A DNA stretch of 64,000 nt. Origin: Microcoleus sp. GTDB lineage: Bacteria; Cyanobacteriota; Cyanobacteriia; Cyanobacteriales; Microcoleaceae. The stretch spans positions 128,001-192,000 of the forward strand of contig JAYFMW010000020.1 in NCBI GenBank assembly GCA_042408215.1. Direction: 5' to 3'. Positions 39,809 to 50,127 of this stretch are shown here, piece by piece; within the stretch, counting starts at the first letter, position 1; every line of letters begins with the position of its first letter. The notes beneath the pieces were generated by a model that made no database searches, was not told where the DNA came from, and worked only from the letters and a program-made list of their open reading frames with translations. Position numbers and translations under genes: made by a program.

Positions 39809-39902
39809 AAATAGTACCTGAGTAGTGATTAATCAGTAGTCTATCATAATAACTATGGCTATTGCTTTTCTAGTTTATTGCTACGATCGTGTCGAACTCA
39901 CG

Positions 39903-41492
39903 TTAACTTAACTGCACCACTGGTTGATCCTCTAACAAAGTTTGATTGGCCAGCAAATCTTCCACGGTAATACGCAAAAAGCGCTGTTCGTCAACGCGAA
40001 ACAAAATTTTGACGCGATCGCTCCCCGGATACCCAGGCGGCGTCAATTGCGCGATACTGCGGGCTCCGTCTTTGTCGTTTAGCGGCTGTACGGATGTGGT
40101 GCCCGCGAGTTGTTTGGTAATCAATCTGTCGCCGTCAAAATAGATCTCAGTGCCGCCAGTTTCCGCCCCCAATTCACCGATAATTAATTCAATACTCGGC
40201 TGATTTTCCACAGAAGCACCCAACACTAATTCTACTGGTTCGCTCATCGGATAAGACTGACCGGATTTGATTAAATTGTGCCAACTGTGGCAATTTTCGC
40301 GGCGATTCCAGTAGCGAATTCCGTAACTGTGATATAGAAAATCTTTGACTTCTATGCCTTGACTGAGTTGCAAAGCACCTTGGGCTATGGCTTCAAAAGG
40401 TCGATCGCACTTAATCTTTGCCTTGTCGAAATATTGCTCAACCCACCGCTGGACAGCAGGAATTTGGACAGTGCCGCCAACTAGCAAAACTGCATCAATG
40501 TCAGCAATTTCTAAGCCTTGACGTCGGGCTTGCTGCAATACTTGATTCATGCACTCGTCGAGGTTGTCAAAAAACTGATGTTCTGCGAGAATAGATTCAA
40601 ATTCAGCGCGATCTAATTCTAATTCGTAAGCCTCAAAGTTTTCATCGTCAAAATAAACCTCAGTCGCATTTTCTACCAAAGACAACTGAATCTTTAATCG
40701 TTCTGCTAATCGCGTGGTTATCGGAGATTTCACCAAGCCTTTTGTTTTGACAAAATAATCTACTAGCCAATTATCAATATCAGAACCGCCTAAATTTTGT
40801 CCGGCTTTAGCCAAAACCCTGGCAACTTTTGCCTTTTGTCCCTCACTGTCAGCCAGCAATTTTTCGCCCCATTTCAGAATAAAACCGAGAGGCTTTTTGC
40901 CGGCCTTATTGTCAAGCCGCACCAAAGAAAGGTCGAGAGTTCCGCCACCAAAATCAATTACTAACAGATTTTCGCGATCTGCTAAACCGTAACCCAAAGC
41001 CGCCGCCGTAGGTTCGTCCAACATCCGCACCTGTTCTACTTCCAAAGATTGAGAAACTTTTCCCAGCCAATTGCGGTAAGCTTCAAAACTATCTACTGGA
41101 ACAGTAAAAACCAAAGAATCTACAGATAGCGGCAGTTCGCGAATTGACCGGACTATTTGCTCTATAAACCACTGTCCTACTTGTTCAAAAGTAATAATTT
41201 TCCCGTCAAGTTCCGGCATGAAACCCTGAATTTGAGTACCAATTCCCCGCTTAAAATTGCGGAAAAATCGAGAATCTGTACTCAAATCAAGGCCTTTGTC
41301 TCGGACTTGTTGGCCAAGTATTACTTTATTTTCAGCAGCGTCCTCAACGTAGAGTAAACTGGGAATTAGGGGCGGATTTTGAGCCGAGATTGCCGAAAGT
41401 CCCGGCAATTTCAAAGTTTCGGGCTGCGGTCGGGCCGGATTCCAGCGAGCGACAACAGTGTTGCTAGTTCCAAAGTCAATTGCGATCGTCAT
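39903..41492 (-). CDS. Hsp70/DnaK-like family protein
   Basis: IAIDFGTSNT, LDEPTAAALGY, VIDFGGGTLD, LGGSDID, VLLVGGT. Confidence 0.92.
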   Translation of the reverse strand: MTIAIDFGTSNTVVARWNPARPQPETLKLPGLSAISAQNPPLIPSLLYVEDAAENKVILGQQVRDKGLDLSTDSRFFRNFKRGIGTQIQGFMPELDGKIITFEQVGQWFIEQIVRSIRELPLSVDSLVFTVPVDSFEAYRNWLGKVSQSLEVEQVRMLDEPTAAALGYGLADRENLLVIDFGGGTLDLSLVRLDNKAGKKPLGFILKWGEKLLADSEGQKAKVARVLAKAGQNLGGSDIDNWLVDYFVKTKGLVKSPITTRLAERLKIQLSLVENATEVYFDDENFEAYELELDRAEFESILAEHQFFDNLDECMNQVLQQARRQGLEIADIDAVLLVGGTVQIPAVQRWVEQYFDKAKIKCDRPFEAIAQGALQLSQGIEVKDFLYHSYGIRYWNRRENCHSWHNLIKSGQSYPMSEPVELVLGASVENQPSIELIIGELGAETGGTEIYFDGDRLITKQLAGTTSVQPLNDKDGARSIAQLTPPGYPGSDRVKILFRVDEQRFLRITVEDLLANQTLLEDQPVVQLS

Positions 41493-41576
41493 GAGCGCCA
41501 AAATACACAGCTATTAGAGATTAGAGCATATTATGGTATTTGGACGCGCAAATGCAAACATAATATTATGTAACTC

Positions 41577-42020
41577 ATGAATCTACCTTCTTTCTTGTGG
41601 TTGTGGAAAATAGCGGCTTGGTCAATGGGCTTTTCGCTGTTTGCTTATCTGCTGTTGGCTGTTACTGGAACTTGGATGTTTTACGATCGCCATACCAAAC
41701 AGCCGCGCCCAAAATGGCTGCGTCCCGTTCATCTGGCTGTAGGTGCTGTCATGGCGACTCTGGTAATTTTACTGCTGGGAATTGGCGTAGTCGGCACCCT
41801 GGGAGAGTACGGCAATTTGGGTCACTCGGCTCATTTACCTGCGGGGTTAGCGGTGGTTACTTTGGTGTTAGTTTCTGTTGGAAGCGGCTTGCAAATTAGC
41901 CCAAAACGCCCTTGGGCTCGTCCCCTCCACATTAGCACTAATGTGACTTTGTTGGCGGGATTTGTGACAGTCCTGCTGACAGGATGGACGATCGTACAAA
42001 AGTATTTGCCTACAGCTTAA
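41577..42020 (+). CDS. DUF4079 family membrane protein (cytochrome b561-like His pattern)
   Basis: Four TM helices with His (RPVH, GHSAH, RPLH). Confidence 0.75.
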   Translation: MNLPSFLWLWKIAAWSMGFSLFAYLLLAVTGTWMFYDRHTKQPRPKWLRPVHLAVGAVMATLVILLLGIGVVGTLGEYGNLGHSAHLPAGLAVVTLVLVSVGSGLQISPKRPWARPLHISTNVTLLAGFVTVLLTGWTIVQKYLPTA

Positions 42021-42149
42021 AACCTGTATATTTGCATATTTTTGATTTCAGAATATCCCCAAATACCGGATTTGTAGGGGCGGGTTTCACCAACAATTTA
42101 TGCCTCAAATCAATTCCGGTTGCACCGTCAGGTGATTGTTGACGGTTGA

Positions 42150-42219
42150 CAGTTAACAGTTAACAGTTAACAGTTAACAGTTAACAGTTAACAGTTAACA
42201 GTTAACAGTTAACAGTTAA
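42150..42219. repeat. Heptamer STRR (CAGTTAA)10 within REP-like element cluster
   Basis: Ten perfect copies; flanked by GTAGGGGCGGGTTT...AAACCCGCCCCTAC. Confidence 0.9.
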
Positions 42220-42412
42220 CTCAAATTTACTATTCCGATGAATAGAGGATTTGATCTCAAATCAAACATCTCAAAAACCCGCCCCCACCCACCAAAAATA
42301 AAAATATTGATCGTCTGAATGTAGATTATTCGCTGGGTTTGGTGCGGGTTGATGAGATTATTTATTTGAGTCGTTGATGGTCGGTAAAACCCGCCCCTAC
42401 AGACGCGGTACA

Positions 42413-43303
42413 TTATGTTTTAGCTATGAAATCTAAAATGTGCTGTGCGGTAATCTGCGGTTTTTCTAAGTGGGGAACGTGCCCGCAATCGGGGAGCCAA
42501 ATTAGTTGGGAATTCGCGATCGCACTTTCAAACTTTGCCGCATCTGCTATCCCCAAAATTCGGTCTTGTTTCCCCCACAAAATCAGCGTTTGCTGCTGAA
42601 TCTGCGACAGTTTTTCCCCAAAACCTCTATAACCCCCGCTTTTGGTAAAGGCAATTAAAGCTTGATTCCAATTGGGCATTTCCAAATGCAGGGCGGCGCA
42701 AGTTTGTGCATCTACAGAAGCCAAAGTTTCATCGAAATAAGCATTAACGCTAATTTTTTGGCGAATTTTAGGGTTTCGCAAAAATGAAGTGGCCAAATAT
42801 CCTAAAGGAGGAATTAAAAATTTCCCTTTATTAGAAGTGATGGCAAAACCTGCACTGTCTATTAAGACCAATTTTTTGACAGATTCGGGATGATTGAGAG
42901 TGAAATCAATTGCTGCTGCACCTCCCATTGACGCACCAATTAATATTACAGGCTGCGAAATTAGCGTTTTCCAAAAATAGTAGAGATGACTGCCAATTGC
43001 TGTGGCGCTGAATGGGAAACCTGCCACTCTTTCTGTAAAGCCAAAACCTAGTAAATCCACCGCCCAAGTTTCATTTTTTTCTGCTAGCAGCGGCAACAAA
43101 CGGCGGAATTCAAACACCGAACTGTCGAAGCCGTGAATTAGCAAAATAGGCGTGTTTCCGCTACCTTGATGCACGTAGGTTGTGGCAATTGGTCCAGAAG
43201 TTAGGGGAGTTGTAATTGCCTCCCGTTGAATGCTTTCGGCTAAAGCTATTGATGTGGATTCTGTTAGTTGTGCGATGGATTTTGGCAGAAAACTTGCTGG
43301 CAT
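42413..43303 (-). CDS. Alpha/beta hydrolase
   Basis: LLIHGFDSS, DLLGFG, GASMGG, ILWGKQD, CGHVPHLEKP. Confidence 0.93.
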   Translation of the reverse strand: MPASFLPKSIAQLTESTSIALAESIQREAITTPLTSGPIATTYVHQGSGNTPILLIHGFDSSVFEFRRLLPLLAEKNETWAVDLLGFGFTERVAGFPFSATAIGSHLYYFWKTLISQPVILIGASMGGAAAIDFTLNHPESVKKLVLIDSAGFAITSNKGKFLIPPLGYLATSFLRNPKIRQKISVNAYFDETLASVDAQTCAALHLEMPNWNQALIAFTKSGGYRGFGEKLSQIQQQTLILWGKQDRILGIADAAKFESAIANSQLIWLPDCGHVPHLEKPQITAQHILDFIAKT

Positions 43304-43473
43304 AATTCTTGATCTGTTAATCGGTACGGGGGGAGCGGCTTAAGTATCTATGCTCGATCGCTATTTTAGGGCTTCGGGCGATCGCGCCATGAAAATTCGA
43401 TCGCAATTTAGAATTATTCTGCCCGCAACACGGCTGCTTGGCGGCTGAGCTTGTTTGATTCTACTAAATTTAT

Positions 43474-43493
43474 TTGAGAACTATTGCTAATAA
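43474..43493 (+). promoter_or_regulatory. Putative Fur box upstream of feo operon
   Basis: TTGAGAACTATTGCTAATAA resembles cyanobacterial Fur consensus. Confidence 0.5.
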
Positions 43494-43712
43494 ACAGTTT
43501 TTCATATAACATGATTCAAAGCAGCAATTGTGACACATAGGCGATTTGACCGCAGATCTGCATCTAACTCCAGAGAGATTTCAGCTCTCTCGAACCCGGA
43601 AAATCAGTCTAATTACGGGGTTTGGGGAATATCTGTGCCCAAAATATCCAAGGGCCAAGGAAAATGTCAAAATCCCTAATTTTGGGTTTCCAGTGGTCGC
43701 GGGTCGAGTATA

Positions 43713-43729
43713 TTGAGAATAGATGTCAA
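43713..43729 (+). promoter_or_regulatory. Second putative Fur box upstream of feoA
   Basis: TTGAGAATAGATGTCAA, an imperfect TTGAnAAT-n-ATTnTCAA palindrome. Confidence 0.5.
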
Positions 43730-43786
43730 GTTGCCAGTGCCAGTCAGACCAAACAACTTGTTGCTAAAACCGATATCAGAAAGGCC

Positions 43787-44167
43787 ATGAAACAAAACAG
43801 AGAAGACTACAGCGAACAATACCAAGAGTCAAACCCCAGACAGTTCGGGGGTTTTGCCTTTTACGGCGAGACGCCAGAAGTCTCTGGAACCGAGGACAGC
43901 AGCACAGAAACTCAGCCTGCGGTGGCGGGCGGTAAATCACTCCCCCTAGCAATGGCCAGCGTCGGCGAGAAATTGCGGATTGTCAAACTCAAAGGTTCAG
44001 AGGGCACGGTGCGCCGCCTCATCGGCCTGGGATTGGTCCCCAGCATCGAAGTTCAAATCGTCAGCACCTCTGGCGGTTCTGTAATTGTGGCAATTGGGGA
44101 CAACCGCATTGGTTTGGGGGCGGGTATGGCACAGAAAATTATGTGTACGAATTCAAAATTTCCATAA
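43787..44167 (+). CDS. feoA: FeoA family protein with acidic N-terminal extension
   Basis: PLAMASVGEKLRIV...RRLIGLGLVP...RIGLGAGMAQKI; ATG at 43787 preferred over TTG at 43622. Confidence 0.85.
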   Translation: MKQNREDYSEQYQESNPRQFGGFAFYGETPEVSGTEDSSTETQPAVAGGKSLPLAMASVGEKLRIVKLKGSEGTVRRLIGLGLVPSIEVQIVSTSGGSVIVAIGDNRIGLGAGMAQKIMCTNSKFP

Positions 44168-44340
44168 AAAAATTGCATCTACAGCAATCCTATTTCATTG
44201 GTGAAAAAGATTTTTTTTATTAACCGCAGAGGGCGCAGAGGGCGCAGAGGAAGAGTAAAGAGAGATGTTCGCACATTTTGAAAGGGTTGCTAGATTCAGG
44301 AGTTTAATTTGTTCACATTTAGACTTTATTACAACAACTG

Positions 44341-44583
44341 ATGAACGAGAGAAAACAATTAGGGGATTTGGCTGTAGGCGCTATCGGTCGCGTCGTTGGT
44401 TATGAGAAAACAGCCAGAGGTTATAAGGGCAAATTGTTGGCAATGGGGCTGACACCGGGAACTGAATTTACCGTCATCAGGCTGGCACCTTTAGGAGATC
44501 CCGTAGAAATCCTCGTGCGGGGTTTTAAACTCAGTTTGCGTAAAGATGAAGCTAAAACTCTATTTGTAGAAGAGGTTAAATAA
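44341..44583 (+). CDS. feoA: FeoA family protein
   Basis: KLLAMGLTPG...RLAPLGDPVEI.VRGFKLSLRKDEA. Confidence 0.93.
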   Translation: MNERKQLGDLAVGAIGRVVGYEKTARGYKGKLLAMGLTPGTEFTVIRLAPLGDPVEILVRGFKLSLRKDEAKTLFVEEVK

Positions 44584-46925
44584 TGGCTAAGCAAATTATT
44601 GGATTGGTGGGTAATCCTAACTGTGGCAAAACTACCTTATTTAATGCTCTTACAGGGGCTAACCAACGAGTAGGTAATTGGCCGGGAGTAACAGTGGAAC
44701 GCAAAGAGGGAAAATATACTCACGATGGTTTAGCAATTACGATTGTTGACTTACCGGGAGTTTATTCTCTTGATGCGGAAGATGGAGACACGGGTTTAGA
44801 TGAATTGGTGGCGCGAGATTATTTGTTATCTGGTGAAGCTGATGTGATTATTAATATTGTTGATGCTTCCAATTTAGAGCGCAATTTGTATCTCAATACC
44901 CAAATTTTGGAGATGCGCGTACCGACAATTTTGGCGCTGAATATGATGGATGTTGCCAAAGAACGGGATTTCCGAATTAATGTTAGCAAACTTGCAGAAC
45001 GTCTCGGCTGTACGGTGGTGCCGATGAGTGCTTCTTCAAATGATGGAGTGCCACTCTTGCGGGATGCTATTAATCGGGCGTTGTCTCAGCCGATCGTACC
45101 ATCTGCCTATGTCGCTTATCCGGCTGCGATCGAAGATGCGATCGCCCAATTAATACCACACATCGAAAAACACAGTCCAAATCGCACCGTAGATGCCCGC
45201 TGGACAGCCCTGAAACTCTTAGAATATCAGGATGAAGTCGCCCCGGAACTCGCCAATACAGAATTAGAAAAAATAGTAGTCCCGCACCGCCGTCGAGTCC
45301 ACGAAACCCTCGACGACGACCTCGATATTATCATCGCCGACAGTCGCTATACCTTCATCCGCAACTTAACCCAAGGTGTCGCCGAATGTTCTAGGGAAGT
45401 CAAAACCAATGTTTCCGACAAAATCGACCAAATTGTTCTCAACCGTTTCTTAGGCATTCCCGTATTCTTAGCGGTAATGTACCTAATGTTTACCATTTCG
45501 ATTAACGTTGGTGCAGTGTTTATCGACTTCTTTGATATCACATTGGGGACAATTTTTGTGGATGGTTTCGGTAAACTTTTAGCAAGCATCAGTACGCCAG
45601 GATGGTTGATTGGACTGCTAGCAAAAGGTGCTGGTGGCGGCATTCAAACCACATCTACATTTATCCCCCAAATTGGGATGATGTTCTTATGTTTGTCTGT
45701 TTTAGAAGACTCGGGCTACATGGCGCGGGCGGCCTTCGTGATGGACAGATTAATGCGATTTGTCGGACTTCCCGGTAAATCTTTTGTGCCGATGATGGTG
45801 GGTTTCGGCTGCAACATCCCCGGAATTATGGCGACGCGGACATTAGAAAATAAGCGCGATCGCACGATGACAATTATGATGAATCCATTCATGTCTTGTA
45901 GCGCCAGATTAGCAGTTTACGCCCTATTTTGTGGCGCATTCTTCCAAGTCGGCGGTCAAAACATGGTATTAGGACTTTACCTAATAGGAATTATAGCGGC
46001 AGTTTTCACCGGACTAATCTTAAAAAATACCCTTTTGCAAGGAGAAGCCGCGCCTTTTGTGATGGAACTCCCACCCTACCACATTCCCAAACTCAAAGGA
46101 GTGCTGCTGCGTACTTGGGATAGACTGAAAGCTTTTATTACAAAAGCCGGAATTGCGATCGTCATCATGGTGATTGTACTAGGATTTATGAACTCCGTCG
46201 GCACCGACGGTTCCTTCGGCCAAGAAAACACCAAAGACTCAATTCTTAGCGCAGTCGGCCGCACAGTAACACCAGTATTTACACCAATGGGAATCACCCA
46301 AGAAAACTGGCCAGCCACCGTCGGTTTACTAACAGGAGTATTTGCCAAAGAAGTAATGGTTGGAACCTTAGACTCTCTATACACCCAACTAGCCGACGAA
46401 CAACAAGCAGCAGCAGGCGCAGCACCTGAGAAAGAAGAAGAATTTAGTTTCTGGGGAAATATCGGCAAAGCATTTTTCAGCATACCAGAGAATATAACAA
46501 AACTGCCCGGTCAACTTTTCGATCCCCTCGGCTTCAGTTCTGCCAATATTACCGACCAAAAACAAGCAGAAGAAGATCAAGGTATCTCTGGTAGCACCTA
46601 CGGACAAATGTCCCAACGGTTCGGTTCCAATGCAGCCGCTTTTGCCTATTTGCTGTTTGTATTACTGTACTTTCCCTGCGTCTCCGCAACGGCCGCCCTT
46701 TACCGCGAAACTAACTTAGGCTGGACAATATTCGCAGGTTCCTGGACTACTGGTATCGCCTATTTCACAGCAGTTGGATACTATCAAATCGCCACATTCT
46801 CAGAGCATCCAGACTCATCTCTGGTTTGCATTGTCAGACTAATCATAGCTATGAGTCTGACTCTTGTGGGATTAAAAATGGCTGGTGCAAAACGACCAAA
46901 GCGGCGCGAAGCAATCAGTAGTTAG
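44583..46925 (+). CDS. feoB: Ferrous iron transporter FeoB
   Basis: GNPNCGKT, GNWPGVTVE, DLPG, NMMD, LEDSGYMARAA, MSCSARL, LLYFPC. Confidence 0.97.
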   Translation: MAKQIIGLVGNPNCGKTTLFNALTGANQRVGNWPGVTVERKEGKYTHDGLAITIVDLPGVYSLDAEDGDTGLDELVARDYLLSGEADVIINIVDASNLERNLYLNTQILEMRVPTILALNMMDVAKERDFRINVSKLAERLGCTVVPMSASSNDGVPLLRDAINRALSQPIVPSAYVAYPAAIEDAIAQLIPHIEKHSPNRTVDARWTALKLLEYQDEVAPELANTELEKIVVPHRRRVHETLDDDLDIIIADSRYTFIRNLTQGVAECSREVKTNVSDKIDQIVLNRFLGIPVFLAVMYLMFTISINVGAVFIDFFDITLGTIFVDGFGKLLASISTPGWLIGLLAKGAGGGIQTTSTFIPQIGMMFLCLSVLEDSGYMARAAFVMDRLMRFVGLPGKSFVPMMVGFGCNIPGIMATRTLENKRDRTMTIMMNPFMSCSARLAVYALFCGAFFQVGGQNMVLGLYLIGIIAAVFTGLILKNTLLQGEAAPFVMELPPYHIPKLKGVLLRTWDRLKAFITKAGIAIVIMVIVLGFMNSVGTDGSFGQENTKDSILSAVGRTVTPVFTPMGITQENWPATVGLLTGVFAKEVMVGTLDSLYTQLADEQQAAAGAAPEKEEEFSFWGNIGKAFFSIPENITKLPGQLFDPLGFSSANITDQKQAEEDQGISGSTYGQMSQRFGSNAAAFAYLLFVLLYFPCVSATAALYRETNLGWTIFAGSWTTGIAYFTAVGYYQIATFSEHPDSSLVCIVRLIIAMSLTLVGLKMAGAKRPKRREAISS

Positions 46926-46965
46926 TCATTAGTCATTAGTCATTAGTCATTAGTCATTAGTCATC
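46922..46965. repeat. Heptamer STRR (TTAGTCA)n
   Basis: About six tandem copies after feoB. Confidence 0.85.
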
Positions 46966-47028
46966 AGCCAACAGCCAACAGTCATAAGTGTTCATCTGCG
47001 TTTAAGAATCAAACAAAGGAGAAAAGCC

Positions 47029-47295
47029 ATGATTTTAAGCGACATCCAAAAATTTATTGCTGACAACAAAAGAGCCTCCATCGCCGATCTAAAAATCCAC
47101 TTTCGCATGGATGGCGACGCCTTGCGCGGAATTCTCAACCGCCTAATTCGCAAAGGCCGAATCAGTAAAATGGAAGAAGCCAAAAAGTGCGGAGGATGTC
47201 ACAGTTGCGGAGACGATGCAACCGAGATTTATGTATGGGTAAATCCAGGCGAGTCGGTGTCAGCAAAAGAGCAGGTTTCTTCAACTTGTCATTAA
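47029..47295 (+). CDS. feoC: FeoC-like winged-helix protein with Cys motif
   Basis: MILSDIQKFI...LRGILNRLIRKGRI...CGGCHSC...EIYVW; follows feoB. Confidence 0.88.
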   Translation: MILSDIQKFIADNKRASIADLKIHFRMDGDALRGILNRLIRKGRISKMEEAKKCGGCHSCGDDATEIYVWVNPGESVSAKEQVSSTCH

Positions 47296-47538
47296 GTGAG
47301 GACAAACGTCCGCCAGGGAATTCATTCCCTGGCTAATAGCTAATTCCTCTAAAGAGGACTAATGAGTTGAAAAGCCACCCCTTTATCATTCGGCGGTTGA
47401 AACCGCTTCTACACAAACAAAGTCCACCGACGCGGACTAAGAAATAAAAATTATACAATTTGGTATATCATTTTAGTCAACATCTAAATACCTGTTCAAT
47501 GATTGCGATCATTCTAAAATCTCAACAGGATGCTGATT

Positions 47539-47781
47539 ATGACTGCAACTTCTCCTCTCAAAGGCGATCGGAACATCCTTTAGCTAAGGCAATTGTCGCC
47601 CAAGCAGAAGAACAGGGGATTGAGTTAGAAACTCCTGAAATTTTTACTGCTTATCCGGGTAAATGGATTAGCGGAAAGTTTGGCAATAACCTTTATTTTG
47701 TGGGCAATCGGCGGTTATTTGTAGACCAAAATATTGCACTTTCAGAATCAACATTATCTCTTTTAGATGACATTGAAAAGT
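47539..47781 (+). pseudogene. Internally deleted remnant of the heavy-metal P1B ATPase, with copied promoter at ~47462-47538
   Basis: First 8 codons match 53028-53051, fused via AAA to sequence matching 54439-54660 (SEHPLAKAIV...). Confidence 0.88.
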
Positions 47782-47932
47782 GGTGTCAACTTATAATCTG
47801 GCGATGGTTATATCTCTCGTGAGGAAGATTGATTATTTTGGGGTAGGGAAACGGCATTGCCTTGTCCTCTAATTAAACTTAAAAATTCAAAAATATAGAT
47901 GCACTAACTGATATTAAATTCAAACAAGTGTC

Positions 47933-49927
47933 TTAACTCTGGCAAAGACAAGCGCCTTCTTTAATGGGAGCTTTAACAGGTAAATAAATCACAAACTCTG
48001 CTCCCTCACCTAGTTCCGAAGTCACTTCGATTTTCCCCTGATGCTTCTCGATAATCTGGTAAGAAATCGACAACCCTAAACCAGTCCCTTTACCCACAGG
48101 TTTAGTCGTAAAAAATGGGTCAAATAACCGATGAATCGCATCAGGGTCAATCCCATTACCGTTATCTCTAATCCTCACCACCACTTGATTTACTCCTACC
48201 ATTTCTGTGATAATTTTAATCTCCTTGTTTCGCAGATTTGGAGCGCTCAGCAGTGCATCAGCAGCATTAGCCATGATATTCATAAATACCTGGTTTAACT
48301 GCGATGGATAGCATTCTAATAATGGCAATTTTCCATAATTTTTAATTACTTTAATCGCTGTTTTCATTTGGCTGTTTAAAATTAACAGAGTGCTGTCAAT
48401 TCCTTCGTGGATATCGACTGGTTTCATTTCCGCTTCATCCAACCTAGAGAAGTTCCGCAGCGATAAAACAATTTGCTGAATTCGCTCAGTTCCCATTTTC
48501 ATAGAAGATAGCAACTTCGACAAATCTTCTGATAAAAAGTCGAGTTCAATTTCTTCTATGTAGTCTTGAATCTGGGCTGTTGTATTCGGATATTCCTGCT
48601 GGTAAAGTCCGATAAGTCTGAGCAAATCTGTGGTGTATTGATTGGCGTGACAGAGGTTGCCATAAATAAAGTTAACTGGGTTGTTAATTTCGTGAGCAAT
48701 ACCAGCCACCATCAATCCCAAGCTGGACATTTTTTCGGCTTGAATTAGTTGAGATTGGGCATTTTTTAAATCGTGAAGCGTTTGTTGCAGTTGGTGCAAT
48801 TGTAGGTTGAGTGTACGATCGCGCTTTTCTACTTGTTCTATCATAAAGTTGAAAGCTTCAGCAAGTTGACCTAATTCATAGCCGGAAGGAATGGGTACTT
48901 TACCAGAAAAGTATTCATTGCTTGCCATCCAATTCACATTTTGAGTTAAATCAAGGATTGGTTTTCCGATGATTCGGCTAACTATACCACCAACAATAGT
49001 GGCTATAATTACTCCTGCCCAAAAGAAACTATCGAGCCTGTTAGATAAAGTTAATTGCGTCTGCTGCATTGTCGCCATTGGGCTAAACACGGCTAGGTTT
49101 ATACTGTCGCCTATGTCCGACATTTCTACCGTTTTCATTATGTAAGATTGGCGCTCAATATCGATTTTAGTAGTCGAGGTCTGTTGTTCAGGTGCGTGCC
49201 AAGATTTCGAGCGGATTTCGGGAAAATTAGTGGCAATTAATTCGCCGGATTTGAAGATGGCAAAGTAATTCACATTGTTAGTATCAATGCTGATTTGCTG
49301 CAATTGTTCGTCTGTCACTAAATAACCCATTAGTACAGCACCAATTATCCTATTATTGCTTCTAATCGGTGCAAATCCTACTAGCAATGCTTGTGGTTTG
49401 CCGTCAATGCTGACAAAATTTGATTTTTCTAAGCCTTTGAGTGCTGAATTTATCGCTGCGCTATTGCTCAAGTTTTTGCCTGTGAGCCACTCTTCTCGCA
49501 ACTCTGCTACTATGTCGCCGCGCGCGTCTACTACTTTGACTAAATCTAGTTTGAAAGTGGTTTGTAGAGATAATATATCTTGACGCAAGATGTCTGTGTC
49601 TTTTTGTTGTAAAGCCCGAATAACTTCTGGTGATTCTGATAACAATTTGGCTTGCTTTGTCAATTGAGTCGATCGACTTTTGAAGTCTCGCAGGGCTAAA
49701 GCTGCTTGGTTTTCAACTTGATCGCGCACTCCTTTCTCGAGAGTGTTGGCAAATCCGATTTTGACTGTGTGTATCACTAATAACAATAGAGTGACGGATA
49801 CACTTAGAAACGGCACGATAATTTTGAGGCTCAGCGGTACTCGAAAACGGCTGACTTTTGATTGAGCTGTTGTTGCGTTCGTAGGCGCAAGGCGGGGCGT
49901 AGCCATCGCACTTTTTAAATTTTTCAC
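47933..49927 (-). CDS. Membrane sensor histidine kinase (Cache-like sensor, HAMP, HisKA, HATPase)
   Basis: Two TM helices, ELGQLAEAFN, AGIAHEINNP, QVFMNIMANA, DNGNG, FDPFFTTKPVGKGTGLGL. Confidence 0.93.
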   Translation of the reverse strand: MKNLKSAMATPRLAPTNATTAQSKVSRFRVPLSLKIIVPFLSVSVTLLLLVIHTVKIGFANTLEKGVRDQVENQAALALRDFKSRSTQLTKQAKLLSESPEVIRALQQKDTDILRQDILSLQTTFKLDLVKVVDARGDIVAELREEWLTGKNLSNSAAINSALKGLEKSNFVSIDGKPQALLVGFAPIRSNNRIIGAVLMGYLVTDEQLQQISIDTNNVNYFAIFKSGELIATNFPEIRSKSWHAPEQQTSTTKIDIERQSYIMKTVEMSDIGDSINLAVFSPMATMQQTQLTLSNRLDSFFWAGVIIATIVGGIVSRIIGKPILDLTQNVNWMASNEYFSGKVPIPSGYELGQLAEAFNFMIEQVEKRDRTLNLQLHQLQQTLHDLKNAQSQLIQAEKMSSLGLMVAGIAHEINNPVNFIYGNLCHANQYTTDLLRLIGLYQQEYPNTTAQIQDYIEEIELDFLSEDLSKLLSSMKMGTERIQQIVLSLRNFSRLDEAEMKPVDIHEGIDSTLLILNSQMKTAIKVIKNYGKLPLLECYPSQLNQVFMNIMANAADALLSAPNLRNKEIKIITEMVGVNQVVVRIRDNGNGIDPDAIHRLFDPFFTTKPVGKGTGLGLSISYQIIEKHQGKIEVTSELGEGAEFVIYLPVKAPIKEGACLCQS
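49878..49904 (-). mobile_element. 27-nt SDR5-like insertion within a HIP1 site (in-frame, kinase N-terminus)
   Basis: Minus strand GCGAT|GGCTACGCCCCGCCTTGCGCCTACGAA|CGC. Confidence 0.65.
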
Positions 49928-50127
49928 AATTAGTTATTGAAAATAAGACTCATTAATCTATGATAATACATCAACCATAAATTTTCATGGCGGGGAGATG
50001 CTAGTGCTGCAAATCCTTAATATATAAAGAGTTGACAGGATAGTAATTTTTTGCAGCATGGCGAGTAGACTGCTTTTAGCACCCCAAAACTTGTTAATTA
50101 TTTAGATCAATAGTGGCGCTCTAGAAT

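Noticed and set aside
42216..42413. Small ORFs in REP-rich spacers (also 12681-12875, 13926-14178, 17555-17755, 18745-18936, 58744-58998)
   Set aside because: Translations of REP/MITE/STRR sequence with no protein-like features
43622..43786. Longer TTG-started FeoA N-terminus
   Set aside because: Overlaps a Fur-like box; the ATG at 43787 has a better RBS-like context
47460..47822. 120-aa ORF as a genuine gene
   Set aside because: Chimera of copied promoter sequence, an ATPase fragment and a repeat element
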